Below are positions 39,600 through 53,152 of a stretch of 64,000 nt of DNA, piece after piece. Positions within the stretch are counted from its first letter, which is position 1; the number at the start of each line of letters is the position of its first letter. Source of the stretch: Saccostrea echinata (taxonomy: Eukaryota); the NCBI RefSeq assembly GCF_033153115.1, contig NW_026889750.1, positions 5,828,001-5,892,000 on the forward strand, in the 5' to 3' direction. A program made the translations under genes and the position numbers. The notes below the pieces were generated by a model. The model made no database searches and was not told the DNA's origin. It worked only from the letters and a program-made list of their open reading frames with translations.

Positions 39600-42500
39600 C
39601 TGTAAATATAGAAAATAGCCAACGGTGATCATCAAGTACTGAACAGAGATCTTTAATCACAGTGTAAAGGTCTTTGAAGTCAAACGAACATCGTTCAATA
39701 TTGAAACCAATTCGTGTTCTTGCCCGTATAATTTCTTTTTGAAATCAATTGTCCTTTAACAAGAGTATTTCCCATCTAATTATACAATTTAATGCATTAC
39801 TATATATTTTTAATGTTTCAGACATTGACTTTTAAAATAACATCTTCAAAACTTTTTAAAATTTTTATTTATTTATTTTTTTTTTATATTTTGTTTATTT
39901 TAGAATACTTACGCAATTTTTATTCCTTCAAATATTTTGAGTGTTCTTTATTTCCAAAAATAAGGAAAAAGAAATATAACTATTACATAGGATAAGAATT
40001 ACCACTTTTAAAGCTTGGACAATAGCTACATGTTAGAGTTAACAAATGTATATCGATTGTTTTAATAATAAGTACAGTAACGTTTCAAAACGACCGTCAG
40101 TGTAAACAACAGACAGCTACTGGCGATTGGAAGTTTTAGTGATTGCTTATAATATGAAACTCTAATTCCAAACATCATTTAAAGACAACGAGTAGCATAT
40201 ACACCATAAAGGATCAGAAAATAAGCTTCTGTACATTTTAAAATGCTTTGAAAAAAGTAAATTTACTTATGTGCATTGTTTCTGTCAAAATTTTTGCCTT
40301 CTCTAAAATTTATTGTACTGACATACGTTAAGGTCAAGATCTAGTCAATGAGTTTAGGCTGTCTTTTTGGTGAGCACTTGATCCATTGTGACGTCATAAT
40401 TGATTTAAACTTACTTTTTTCACGTATTTTACAGCTATAACAGAATTATGTAGAAAATAACGCATTTTCATGGAATTCAAATTAAAATCATGTCAAAAGT
40501 AACACCGATACCTATATTCAATTTAATATCATTTTAACTGTAGGCAATACTGAAACATTCCTTTGTCCTTGATGGAAAAAACTCCATGTTTTTACCAGAT
40601 TTTTCCTCATTTTTTATTCAAAAAGGCAGTTTAAAATATGTTTTTTCGTAGAGTTTACCTAAAAATTATGTCCCGATACACCTTAATTTATTAAGCTATA
40701 ATTGTAATAGATTATTAGAGAAATTTGTTTCTGAAATTTGAGAAATCTGTAGGCACTCTTCATTTACTAAATCTTGACTTTAAGCAAAATTTAGTAAAAA
40801 AAAAAAAACATTATGATAAATATTCTTCAAATTATCCGCATCATTGTTAGTTTCCGAAAATTACACACGTCCGACTGTAATATACGAGTGCTCGGTTCTA
40901 GTAAAACCAAGAAAACCAAGACCAAGAGGTCCTCTGCTTATGTTTGATTTTCCCGCACATCAAGTAACACAATACAATAATTATATTTCGTATGTATTTC
41001 TTTGGTATCCTTACCCTGGAATTACAACTTAGCGAATATAATATATAAAAGTATTCCTTTTTATGAAACGTTTGTCAAGGACATAACATCCATTTTTAAA
41101 GTCCAAGAAAAATGCCCTCGACAAAATAAAATGATTTCATAGAATAAAAGCACAAATTTCATAATAAAGACGCATAACATGACAAAGCTTCATCATTATA
41201 ATTCCCTGCCTTTAACAGTATGTATCTACAGAATTAACAATTCCATTTCTCTCCTATCTTGACAAAACATCACTAATCTACAGATGCAGAATTTCAAACA
41301 CAACAGCAAAGAAGCAAAAAACGAAAAACAAACCCAACTTTTCCATATTGAAGTAATGTCCAAATGATGTAGCATCAATCAATGCATCATATAGCATACA
41401 GAATTTCCTTTATTTCAATTGTTATGGCTCTGATAATCGAAATTCAGAAATCTTTCAGCGAATGATACAACAATCCAATCAAAACAACTGGAAGGATATA
41501 GATTCGTATAAGAATTAAAACACAGAAGATCGTGTTTAGAAAGGATTTTAAATCCAAGGATATCTCCTTCTTTACATAAAGTGCGCTTTGCAAGTTCGAA
41601 TTCCACAACGTGTGAATCTATCCATTTTCTTCCTTATCTTGAAAAACCTTTTCCATTTCCAAACACGAAAAGGGTGATCCAATTTCTTTTTGTACACTAG
41701 TATCTTTCCATAAGCTAAAGGATCACTTCGTTATAAATATAGCTCAGACCTACATGGCCTGTTTAAAATGAGGTATAGTTTCGCTAGACTGTGTAGTAGT
41801 AACACAGACTTTACGATTTCCTTTCTCTCTGTATTTTATATCAAAAAACAAACATGCATTAAAGAAAGATAACTGAAGGAAAATACACTTGTCAAGCCCC
41901 TATAAAAATTAAAATAGTTTGAAAAGACAAAACTGTAAAAGTGTAGTGAAAAGTGGATTCGAACCATTTCAAAATGTATAACTAAACATATGTATCAAGA
42001 ATCAGCGATGTGATTTTTGGACAGGTCAGGCGTGCCCCGAAAAATATCCTATTTTAAATTATTTTTTAGATCACATCCTATCAAAATATCATAATTTTAT
42101 TTAGGGGCAGGCCTGCCGTGATGGACCTCTAGGCCAACATTTATGGAAAGGTAAGTGCTTTTTCAGGGAAAATGCTATTTTACCCAACTTTGAATATTAT
42201 TTTCAAAATTGCAAGTGATAAATTTAAGGTTCAAATTGCAAATTTGAAAAACATTAGACTGATTTTTAAATGTTACTTTTTTCCGTGAAATTGTTCTTTT
42301 CTATAGACCAATTTTTTTTTTAATTCAGAACATATCCTTTTGTTTAGACTGTAACGAACACAGAAATATGGGACTGTACCCTTAAACAGATGTTGCTTAA
42401 AACCGGGGTTCGTGTCCTTACCTTGAGCCAGCGACACTAAATTCAGACAAAATAAGGTTTGTAAGCGTAAAAACCCCGTCCTCGCATTACTATGCAGCTA

Positions 42501-42803
42501 AAGAATTTTAGAGAGTCGAGGGTTGGCTGTGACAAACTAATTACATAACCCATTTTATAAAATTTATTTCAAACGGATTGACTACAAATAAATCTTGAAG
42601 AACCGTAGATTGTTATCCTTAAATGCTACTTTCACTTAAGTATGCAAACATCTGGTTATGAGCTAAATTATTTTACTTTATTTACAAATAAAAACCACTG
42701 ACACCATAAAAAACTGACTGCCCTTGCTGTATACATGCCACAACAGACATCACATCGTATTTGAAGGAATTCATATACAACAGTATACAATCACATGATT
42801 AAT

Positions 42804-43210
42804 TTAATTATTTGTTGATTGCTGATTTTGTTTTCTTAAGCATCTTGCTATGTGATCTTTTAAATTACTTTTATGCTTGAATCCTTCAAAACAAAACGAG
42901 CAAGTAAAATATCTTTGTTCTGAATGTCTTTTCATATGTCTTGCAAGGTGGCTTTTGCTTTGATTTGCTTTTCCGCAAACGGAGCACCTGTGTTTTTGAT
43001 TAATCATCCGGTTATGATACACATCCCAGTGAACCTGAAAACTATTTATATTTGTGTATCCCTTCACACACACCGGGCAGATTTTCGCAAAACCATGATT
43101 GTTAACCTCTTCAAAGTGCTTTCGTAGATCCACGGAAGCATGCTTGCAATAAGGGCACATGCCAGATGCAGAAGAAGATCTCCCATCTAATCTGTCAAGT
43201 TGTTGCATAC
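42804..43210 (-). CDS. Variable terminal exon 7: 4 zinc fingers, last C2HC
   Basis: Acceptor ttttctctcgatgtag at 43211-43212, phase 1. Confidence 0.86.
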
Positions 43211-43582
43211 CTACATCGAGAGAAAACTTGATAAGACTTATTTTTCAATCATTTTAACTTAGCCAACATGTCAATGATTTACGCCCTTAAATCTTAAATT
43301 AAAGGAAAATCTTAAGTATTTAGATTTAATTGATACAGTAAAATCTATCCAAATTTTTAAGTTTCAAATGAACCTCAAGTAACAAGAGCGACAACAACAA
43401 CAACAACAACAAAATAATACTCCTAACTTGCATATGAATTCATAAAAAGATTTTTGATAAAAAGAATATATTTTTTGACCGGAACATTAAACCCATTGTA
43501 TTCAAAAAGTGTACATAATTGATCCGCAAGGACATTATATTGAAAAAGAAATTCTCTCTTGCCTCATCAACAAAAATCTATT

Positions 43583-43908
43583 TCATGAAAATTTTGCCTC
43601 AGTTGGTACACGTTTGCAGCTTCTTCTAATGTGGTCTTTTAAACTCGATTTGTGTTTGTACGTTTCACCACAGTAACTGCATACAAAGTTTCTCTGGGTA
43701 GAGTGGGTAATCATGTGTCTTCGGAGATGAGCAAAACTTATCTGTGGTTTCCCACATACATTGCAAACAAATTTTCTGGTTTGTGAGAGATCCCTTTGGT
43801 CCTTTGCATGGTGCTCTTGGTAGTGTTTTACAATCTCACTCGCTGGGAATGTGATCCGACAAAAATGACAGAAAGTTGCGGACGCAGGATTATTTCTCAC
43901 AGTGGCGT
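43583..43908 (-). CDS. Variable terminal exon 8: 3 zinc fingers, last C2HC
   Basis: Acceptor ttttactgtatattacag at 43909-43910, phase 1. Confidence 0.86.
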
Positions 43909-45955
43909 CTGTAATATACAGTAAAACAGGTGAATAGTCTAATCCCTTGTGTACGTCTTACCCAGTTAAGTGGTATTTAACCAAAGAAAGAATATACTCT
44001 TAACCAACGTCTATGTATCATATATGCATTGAATATTTGTTTTCTTTACCTCTTCTAATATTTTTTAACTGCCCGAAACCTGTCTATCCGCCTTCTGTTA
44101 AATCATAGTTCATAAGAAACGATTAATAAAATGTTTGCTATCTTACAAGTACTATTTTCTACTAGTTCTCATAAAGTTTTACTGTTGATTGATTGATTGA
44201 TCGATTATTGTTTAACGCCGAGTCGGTAGTATTTCAGTCATATATCAATTTTGTTCAATTCAGCTTGGAAAAGAAGTTTTAAGAAAATATCAGATTATTC
44301 CAAGAAAAAAATAATTCAGAAAACACTTTTAAAGTATTGTGCATTTTGATGTTCTTTACGCTTGAGCACGGCCTGGTTCAAATCACAACAAAACTGAAAG
44401 AAGATTATTTGAACAGATTATTTTATTTTTATTGGCCATGGTATCGATACCATCGACAACGAAATGTGTATCTAATTAAACAAGACCTTACTCAAATTTG
44501 ACCATCCTGCTGATGTAGAACAATTTAAAAATAATTCAATAGACCATTCCATTTCTCCTGACAATGGGAAAATAAAAATCAAAACACAGAAGAAGTCTCA
44601 AGAGCACCAAGTTCTTTTCAAGTCACTAAACATAATAGAGAATGGGTAACTGTTTGAAATCTTGAAAACAAACAGAAGAACTTATAATGGACATATTACC
44701 AGAACGTGAAGCCTTAATTCAATAATACCAATAACTCTCTGTTACGATGAAGTAAAATATACTCCTTGTCATCAGTTTTACAGCAGAAATTTGTTATGAA
44801 TAAAGTGGGGTCTATTCAATTTTAGAGTACTTTGATCATTGGCAGATCCTGTGATATTTCTTGAATAACTATGTCGTACCACTCGAAATACTCTAAATAC
44901 ATTGATTAAAACAATGTTCATTAAAATTGATGAAGCAAATTTAATAAAACGCATTATCTAGAAACTTGACACATGATTGTAATGAAGCTTGGTTGCAAGA
45001 ACCGAAACTTCCCTGCCAACAAGTTTTTTATATGTCATCCTGAACGAAGTCGTACATCCTGTTATTGTTCTACCAAATATTATCAGTAATAATAATCACC
45101 ATGTGTAGTTGTGCATGTAACATTCAATATGGCCGTCGTTGCCATGGAAACGGAGGAATTTCAGCTTGGCTGATATATGATATTGTTAATGCAGTTTCTT
45201 GTGCTTTGGATACATATAATAAAAATCTTTTGCTATGTAAACGGAAGAATGTCAGTTTGGCTTATATACGCTATTGTAGACACTTTCGTATGCATGGGAT
45301 ACAGATAATAAAAATCTGAATGTGCTTCTGACAACAAGCAAGGCATGAGCATCCCAATATTGTGCAAATTCCAAGTTCTTCCAAGTTTGGGAGTCGGGAT
45401 GTAGCTGCAATAACGTTCAAATCACTAAATAAGAATGTAGAACTTTTTTCTAAGATATTTTGATTAACAACAATTTCTTATTTCAATTTCCTAACATCCA
45501 TGGTAGGTGAGATTCACGTTTGTTAAAGTCCTTGGAACAGATAAGGGCTGTAATTTTACATAAGGTCTTGCAGGCTTTCTCCAGAACAACATGGCTAAAA
45601 GAAAACAAGAATCAGTATGATTAAGGTTCAAAACCAAGCACTACATAGGACCAGAGCTTTGCTAAAAGAGATGTGACATAGCGATGAATGTGGCCCAGTA
45701 GTCTTTCGTTTCAAATTCATTCTTTATAGTTATGAAATGAATGGATACTTTAAACAAACAAGACAAAAAGCATGAATACATCTTTATTGAAAATTCAGAA
45801 ATACTCCTTATGTACAAACACAATAGACAATCAGCTGTTACTCAAAATAAAATCACACATATTTAATACACCCAAGAAACTTGAACTATGAGCGGGAAAC
45901 AAGCATTTTACAAAAAGGATTAGCTAAACTCCTCCTTTATATAAATAAGGTACGA

Positions 45956-46278
45956 TTAAAAATCCTTCCTAACAAGCCTTGCTTTTGCGTGAGTTAACAA
46001 GTGGCGCTTCATGACATCATGTCTTTTGTATGACTTATTACAGATAGGACACGAAAAGGGTTTCTCAGAGGAATGCGTTGTCATGTGTCTTTGAAGATGA
46101 GCAAAACTTATCTGTGGTTTCCCACATACATTGCAAACAAATTTTTTGGTTTGTGAAACACCCCTTTGGTCCTTTGCATGGTGCTCTCGCTGGTGTTTTA
46201 TAATCTCATTAGCTGGGAATGTGATCCGACAAAGATGACAAAGGGTTGTAGAAGCTGCATTTATTCTCACAGTGGTGT
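45956..46278 (-). CDS. Variable terminal exon 9: 3 zinc fingers (chimera-like)
   Basis: Acceptor ttttcctgtatattacag at 46279-46280, phase 1. Confidence 0.86.
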
Positions 46279-46720
46279 CTGTAATATACAGGAAAACAGG
46301 TGAATAGCATATCCTTCTTGAACTGTCCGTATTCAATAATAAAATTAGCACATTTTCAAGACAGGCCTTTGTAAAACAAAAAATATAGAGTTTAATTTTG
46401 TCATCGGACCACTGAGGAGGAATACATTCTACCTTTTAACTGCATACACGAAGCCAGCATCACATCAACAATCCCTCTCAGTCAAAGAGCATTAGCATCA
46501 CCACAAACATCTTACTATTTCTTACAGCTGACAAGAGCAAAGGAGAACTAAGACAAACTGAATAAATTATCTTTCTTTACAATTCAAATTAATTCCTTAT
46601 GTTTAAAATGACTAGAATATTCCCAGTTCTGCGCTGTGAAAACATGACTACACATAGATAAGTTCTATTCAGTGTAATATACTACTATGGAACACAGCAT
46701 TTAACTCCTGATTTCAAATT

Positions 46721-47097
46721 CTAACAGAAAAATTTGTCGTGAATTAACAAATGGCGCTTTAGTACATCATGACGCTTGAATGACTTATTGCAGAATGGAC
46801 ATGAAAAGGGTTTCTCAGACGAATGCGTTGCCATGTGCCGCTTCATGTTTCCCGAATACTGAAACGATTTGAAACAGACAGGGCAAATAAACTGTTCTGC
46901 AGTATAATGTGATTTCTGTACATGTGCGTCTAGTACTTGACGATTCTGAAAATATTCTCCACATTTGCAGCAATTCAGTACACTCCGAGTATGCTTTTCA
47001 TGTTCTAGCAGTTCGTCCACATTGCCAAAAGAGGTTCCACATATGTAGCATTTCACAAAAGAACCGTCGTTAGTCCTCTCTGTTTGCTCTTTTGATC
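46721..47097 (-). CDS. Variable terminal exon 10: 4 zinc fingers
   Basis: Acceptor ttttatttccttag at 47098-47099, phase 1. Confidence 0.87.
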
Positions 47098-47459
47098 CTA
47101 AGGAAATAAAACAAATGGAAATGGTACATCTATCTCAAATGAATATCAAAGATTACGTATTTAATAATACAAATCCGGTATTGTTTACAGAACCGAGAAC
47201 AATTCACCGAACCTACAAACTGCAGAAATACCTGTTCAAATACAAACAGTAACTTAAAAAATATAATGTATAAACTTCACAGGCAATCCAAAGCCAAGAA
47301 AAAAATTCACTGCAAATCCACTACCCATTTAAGCACAACAAATATCCAGCAACATTTTTAACGAACATCCTGAGCTCGACAAAAAGACTACATGAAATCG
47401 GCGATCATTGCAAACTGTCCAATTAAACGCTTATTAATTGCAATCCAAAACGTTTTTCA

Positions 47460-47686
47460 TCAATGTCTGAAAACTTTTTGTCCCATATGATACAATTCTC
47501 CGTCTTTCACTTCGAATTTGTCTTTATTCCGCCAATGTTGTAGGTATGCATTCTGCTGTTCCCTGTTCCTCAGCTTCTGGGGAACTCTGAACCTTCCCAA
47601 CACCAATTCAACAATGGTATCGTAACGAACACTCCTCAAAAATCGAATTGGGCGTGCCTTTGGTTCATCCAAAATACGAAGAGCAT
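47460..47686 (-). CDS. Variable terminal exon 11: non-zinc-finger basic domain
   Basis: Acceptor ctttattttaacag at 47687-47688, phase 1. Encodes ALRILDEPKARPIRFLRSVRYDTIVELVLGRFRVPQKLRNREQQNAYLQHWRNKDKFEVKDGELYHMGQKVFRH*. Confidence 0.7.
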
Positions 47687-48497
47687 CTGTTAAAATAAAG
47701 GCATACCTTTGGTAATTTGTGAAATAATACACCCGTAACCTAAAATTATCTTTTCTTATTGGTCAATTACTGACAAGAGAAAAAACTGTATTTGAAATCT
47801 GATTTAACCTTCATTTAAATCTGATTATTTCCCTGAAATATCACCAAATCGAAACTGAACCTAATGCATACAATTGTCTTTCTTAACAAACATTATTTCC
47901 TTTATGAAATCTTCGTAAGCTGATAAAAGAGTATGCGCCTGGTCTATATTCGACATTCACATTCTATCAGAGATGCACTTCCTTAATATGTGCTTCCTCT
48001 TGAAAAAAAATCTCCGATACCGATAATTGGCCAAGAGGCCAGTCAAGTCTAAAACTTGTTTAATACATGTAAATTTAAAGAAGATTATTAATCTTTAAAG
48101 AATTTTTATTCAACTTCTGTACCATTCGTTCGAAACTAAATAAACATATTTTCACAAATACGTCCATTCAGTGATATTTAAAAATCCACCAAATACATAT
48201 CTTTAAAAAATGTCTGTTGACTTTGATTTTAACACAGTAATCAAACTTATTAACTTTATTTGCTTCGCAAGAAAGCCGCTTATTAAGAACCAAGCAATTC
48301 ATCTACACAACATAAGATTTTAATGACGATATCAAAGGTAATATTTTGGAGTTATGGTACACAAACACCTCTTAACAGTGAAAAGACTTTTACAAAAACA
48401 TTTTAATACCATGCACAGCCCCCAGAAACTGCTTTTGTTTCATTTAATTTTGCTTTAGAAAGCTTAAAATCACCTCTCCATTGAAATGTTTTCCTTT

Positions 48498-48766
48498 CTA
48501 AGTAGTTTGAAAACAAGAACTCGGATGCAGTTTATGCACACCCATAACGTGTTGGTTTAGTATATCTTTACGCGAAAAATTTTTGTCACAAAATGAACAC
48601 TTGAACGGCCTCTCTAGCGAATGGCGTGCAATGAAATGACGGCGGCAATTTCGAAGATTTTTAAATTCTTTTCCACAGACAGGGCAGTACAAATCCTTTA
48701 TCTTTTCTGCAACAATTCTTTGAATACTGTTATCGTCTGTGATTTCAGAATAATCTTCCATGTTTC
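48498..48766 (-). CDS. Variable terminal exon 12: 2 C2H2 fingers
   Basis: Acceptor ctttttttctccag at 48767-48768, phase 1. Confidence 0.88.
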
Positions 48767-48851
48767 CTGGAGAAAAAAAGGTACTTTTTATTACAGACAG
48801 AAAAAGTAATTTGTTACTTCATGGTTTTCTGAAAATTGTTTCATATTTTTC

Positions 48852-49069
48852 TCATTTTGTCTTGTTTTTGTGCACTATACAAAAATGCTGCCTCAACACA
48901 TCCTTTCGTTTGAAAGATTTATCACAAAGAGAGCATTTGAAAGGTCTTCTATCTGAATGAATATCACGTAAGTGACGTCTCATATTGCTTTTATTATGAA
49001 ATAATTTCCCACAAATAGAGCAACACAGATCCTCATCCCAGTTCGATTCTCCACTCCTCATAGGAAAGC
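48852..49069 (-). CDS. Variable terminal exon 13: 2 C2H2 fingers
   Basis: Acceptor ttttctttctgtag at 49070-49071, phase 1. Confidence 0.88.
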
Positions 49070-49326
49070 CTACAGAAAGAAAACACCAGTTTTAAAAAGA
49101 TGTTTATTTTAATTCTTTCTACTTCTAATTCACAATTCAACTATTTCTTGTTTTTAAAATGTACAAATCCCCGTCTAATAAAATTCATTTTTAATACAGA
49201 ACGATTCTACAAAAAATAGACAATAAGATTTCAATCTGAAGATTATTTCAGGTGGAATATTTACATATTCACATATGCCAAATTAGGGTGGTTTTAAGCG
49301 CAAAGTCATTATTTCATATCAAATGG

Positions 49327-49643
49327 CTACATGGCCATCTTCCCTCGCTTAATTTTATGCACACAAAACAAATGCTGCGTCAACACATCTTTTCGTTTAA
49401 ACGACTTTTGACACAATGAACAACTATAAGGACGTTGCTCAGAATGCGTAGCTGCCATGTGACGCTTCAAGCTAGTTAGATGCTGAATTCTCTTGTAACA
49501 TATTGGGCACTTGAAGGGGTACAGTTGTCCACCGTGATCTGATTTACAATGCTGTTCGTATGTTGCTACGGAATCAAACCTTCGTCCACATTCACAATTT
49601 ATGACATTTGAATCCATGTGGAAATCACCTTCAACCCCAAAGC
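49327..49643 (-). CDS. Variable terminal exon 14: 3 fingers
   Basis: Acceptor ttttttttcttcgtag at 49644-49645, phase 1. Confidence 0.88.
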
Positions 49644-50046
49644 CTACGAAGAAAAAAAATGCAGATTTCGTAATATCATTGAAACTCCAACAACTTTCAT
49701 GTTACAATTATATATCAAGGCAAATCATATTGCGATGGGAACACTTTCGACCTCTGATCTTTCAATGAAAAGAAAAGCTTCCCATATCAAGCCCAATAAC
49801 CTCTTCCACTTTGCCTCAATGCAATCAACAATTATGAGAATAAATTAATCAATTGTTTATGCGGTTTTGTTCCACAGAAATCGAATACAACCTTCGACGA
49901 TAACAAACGGCAAACACGTTTTTCAACATTGATTATTACAATCTTGTGACAAAGTGACATCTCATCTCGCAAATTTAAAAAAAAAAAACAAAACAACAAC
50001 ACATTTTTAAAAAGTCATACATGTACGAAACTCAGCAGGTGTGAGG

Positions 50047-50408
50047 TTAACAATGTAGAGTTCTCCAGTGGTTTCGTAATGAATCTTTTCTATAGAAACT
50101 TTTGTTACATTTACTGCAATGAAACATTTTCCTATCAGTGTGAGTTGCCATGTGTCTTTTCATGCTGTGGAAATACTCAGAAGTAAGACCACAGATGTGG
50201 CACTTGTGGAGACGCCGATCCGCTTCATGCTTAACTTTATAATGATATCTATAGGCGTGGGCGCTTTTGAAGTATTTTCCACAATGACAAACAGAAGTTA
50301 TTCGATGTTCTGTTCTATAATGAATTTTAAGTTGCTGCTCTGTTGTCATTATTTGACCACAAACTCTGCAAGGGAATTGTTGGGATGGAATCTCCTCATT
50401 TAGATATC
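50047..50408 (-). CDS. Variable terminal exon 15: 4 fingers
   Basis: Acceptor tttcttatttcatag at 50409-50410, phase 1. The first finger CRVCGQIMTTEQQLKIHYRTEH starts upstream of the ORF-track Met. Confidence 0.88.
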
Positions 50409-50706
50409 CTATGAAATAAGAAAAAAAAAAGCTTAAAATTTTAGTCCTATCTTGTGCAATTTACACTCCACACGATGTGATAGTGCAGTATTCTACAATG
50501 CAAATAAACACCAGACTACACCAACGACTTGTGAGTTTTCTTCATTTATTAATAATATGAACATAGATAACGACTCAAACATATGAACACAGAAACATTT
50601 CAACGTCTAAATAACATTGAAATATATAACATATATAGCTTTATCTCTAATTTTGTAAGAAGAAGCCAAAAAAAATTTGCAAAGCTATTGCTTATTTGCA
50701 TTCTTC

Positions 50707-50954
50707 TTATGTATTGGGATCCAAATACGCCGACTCGTTAAAAGTCTGATGTAATGATGTAATGTGCAATTTTAAATAGTCTTTTCTCTTGAAGTTTTTC
50801 CCGCATTCTTGACACTGGAATCGTCTCAATGAGTGGTGAGTAGAGAAGTGTCGTCTTAAGTTACTCATGTATAGAGATGTTCGCCCACAAATCGCACATT
50901 GGTATCTGTTATTCTCCAATCGAATACAAGAATCACTGAATTTCTCAGCATATC
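50707..50954 (-). CDS. Variable terminal exon 16: 2 C2H2 fingers
   Basis: Acceptor attttcaatgtag at 50955-50956, phase 1. Confidence 0.87.
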
Positions 50955-51275
50955 CTACATTGAAAATAATTAAAATTGAAAATTTTGGAGGTTACATATT
51001 AAATCAAAGCACTAGCAGATAGGTATTTCTTGTATTCAATATCAAATGCAACAGCAAAAAATACAATATGTGCCTAATAGGAAATACAGATGTCATCCAT
51101 GTCCTCCAATTACAACATGTGTCCATAGTGAAATGCTCAGCGTCAGCAACCAATAAATAATAACTTTGAAAATTCAAATCAATTCTATCAAAAAGTCTCA
51201 CAAGAAGTAATTACACGCATAATTTTTTTTTAAAAATTAAAGACATCTCCAAACAAAAATCCTCGGAACAATATT

Positions 51276-51526
51276 CTAAGTCTTTGAATTGTCGGTCTTA
51301 TTTTTGTCGGGGAAATGCAAATACATATGCTGTGTTAAGTAGTCCTTTCTCTTAAATGACTTTGGACAAAGATTACACTGAAAACGCCGCTTAGTTGAGT
51401 GGCACGCAATGTGCCTCTTGACGCTACCACAATAAATTGAAGTGAAGCCACATATCGGACACTTGTATGATTGATTTCCGTGAGTTCTTATTGGATTAGG
51501 GAATATCTCTGGCTCCATTTGTGGTC
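51276..51526 (-). CDS. Variable terminal exon 17: 2 C2H2 fingers
   Basis: Acceptor ttatttctctgtag at 51527-51528, phase 1. Confidence 0.88.
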
Positions 51527-51781
51527 CTACAGAGAAATAAGACGAATTACAATGACAAATTTAAAATCTTTATTACTGAATGTTAAAATCATACAAATAT
51601 ATTACACAACAAAAAAGTGTTTTAAAGGTTAACATGAACCATCAAATGCTTAAATCCCTCAATAAAATTAAAAACAAGAAAAAAAACGTATACTAGTATA
51701 CTCATGAAAGAACTCTGAACCACTAATACAAGTATCAATGGTTTGTACTTCAATCAAACAGTATTTCTTCGAAAAATCAGA

Positions 51782-52029
51782 TCAGACAGCCTCAGGCTGA
51801 TAAAGAGGATGCGTGACATCCTTGTGATACAAAATGTGTTGTTTCAGATAATCCTTTCTTTTGAACGTCTTCAAGCAAAACTCGCACTTGTGTGGTTTTT
51901 CCTCCGAATGATTGGCCATGTGTCGGGTTAAATTAGTTCTATATAATGTTCTGAATCCACAGATAAGACAAACACAGTGTTTTTCGGAGTTGAACGAAGT
52001 GGTTTGTGGTATTTGGTGCCTGTGCTGGC
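51782..52029 (-). CDS. Variable terminal exon 18: 2 C2H2 fingers (not in ORF track)
   Basis: Acceptor tctcttctacag at 52030-52031, phase 1. …CVCLICGFRTLYRTNLTRHMANHSEEKPHKCEFCLKTFKRKDYLKQHILYH…*; no Met before the first finger. Confidence 0.88.
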
Positions 52030-52308
52030 CTGTAGAAGAGATAACCGGTAATTTCGTTACATTTTAACATAAATACTCGCTCCATAAAATTACATCATAC
52101 ATGTACGTATTAAAAATTGTTAATATATATTTAGTCTTCTCCCGTTTCAACCTGAACTTTCATATCATGCTTGTAATATCTTTACTCACAACCTTAGAAT
52201 CACAACACTACATGTGTACCGAAATTGCAAAAAAAAATCTTTTTAGATAAATATATATAATTATCCTTAGCAAAAGGTATATTAACAGTGCAAATCCTAC
52301 AATGCACC

Positions 52309-52538
52309 TTAAGAACTCTTTTTAAGGTGCACAGAGTCGACATGTTTCTTTAAATGATCTTGGCGTTTAAAGGTTTTGTCACATAAACTACATTCGTGTG
52401 GTCGAGCAGAGGAATGCATGACCATGTGTCTCTGATAGTTTCGTTTGGTTTTCAGCACAGTTCCACAAAGTAAACATGTGAAAGAGTACAAAAACGATGT
52501 TCTAGATTTTGTCGTGAAGAAGTCCATGTCCGGTACTC
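52309..52538 (-). CDS. Variable terminal exon 19: 2 C2H2 fingers
   Basis: Acceptor tctcttttctctttag at 52539-52540, phase 1. Confidence 0.88.
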
Positions 52539-52928
52539 CTAAAGAGAAAGAGAAAAAAACATATCAGAGATACTTGATTCCCTTCAGTCATTTTTTGAAT
52601 TAAAATTTACACGAACATCTAAAAACAGAAGACAATGTTCCAACGACTTCCTCTGCTGTTCCAATGCTGTTATTACCAATGTACTCCAAATCAAACAGAC
52701 TCCTTATACAGAATAGTGTGTATCATATATAGAAAGTAATCGGCTTATTGAACACATTCATAACACCAACAAAAATCATCAACGAAATTGCTTTTAATTA
52801 ACAATATAAAGTGAAGACTTTCAAAATGTACAGAGATCAGTCAAAAGTTTTTAAAGCTTAAGAGTTATTGAACATCGAATTCTTTGTTAAATCAAATTGT
52901 GTGTTTGGGCAATTTCAAATCTCTTCAT

Positions 52929-53152
52929 TTATTTAGTCTTCCGATGCGTACGCATGTGCGACTCCAAATAGTCTTTCCTCTTAAATTTCCTATTACATAT
53001 TGCACATACATATGGTCTAATGTCCGAATGTTGGATCATATGTCTTTTAAGACTCGCTTTATGAAGTTGTAATCCACACAATGGACATGTGGTGTAGGTG
53101 GAAGAGGAGGACTCGGTTACACCTATTTTTCCGTGCATCACCTTTAAAGGTC
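52929..53152 (-). CDS. Variable terminal exon 20: 2 C2H2 fingers
   Basis: Acceptor ttttgtcttctgtag at 53153-53154, phase 1. Confidence 0.88.
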
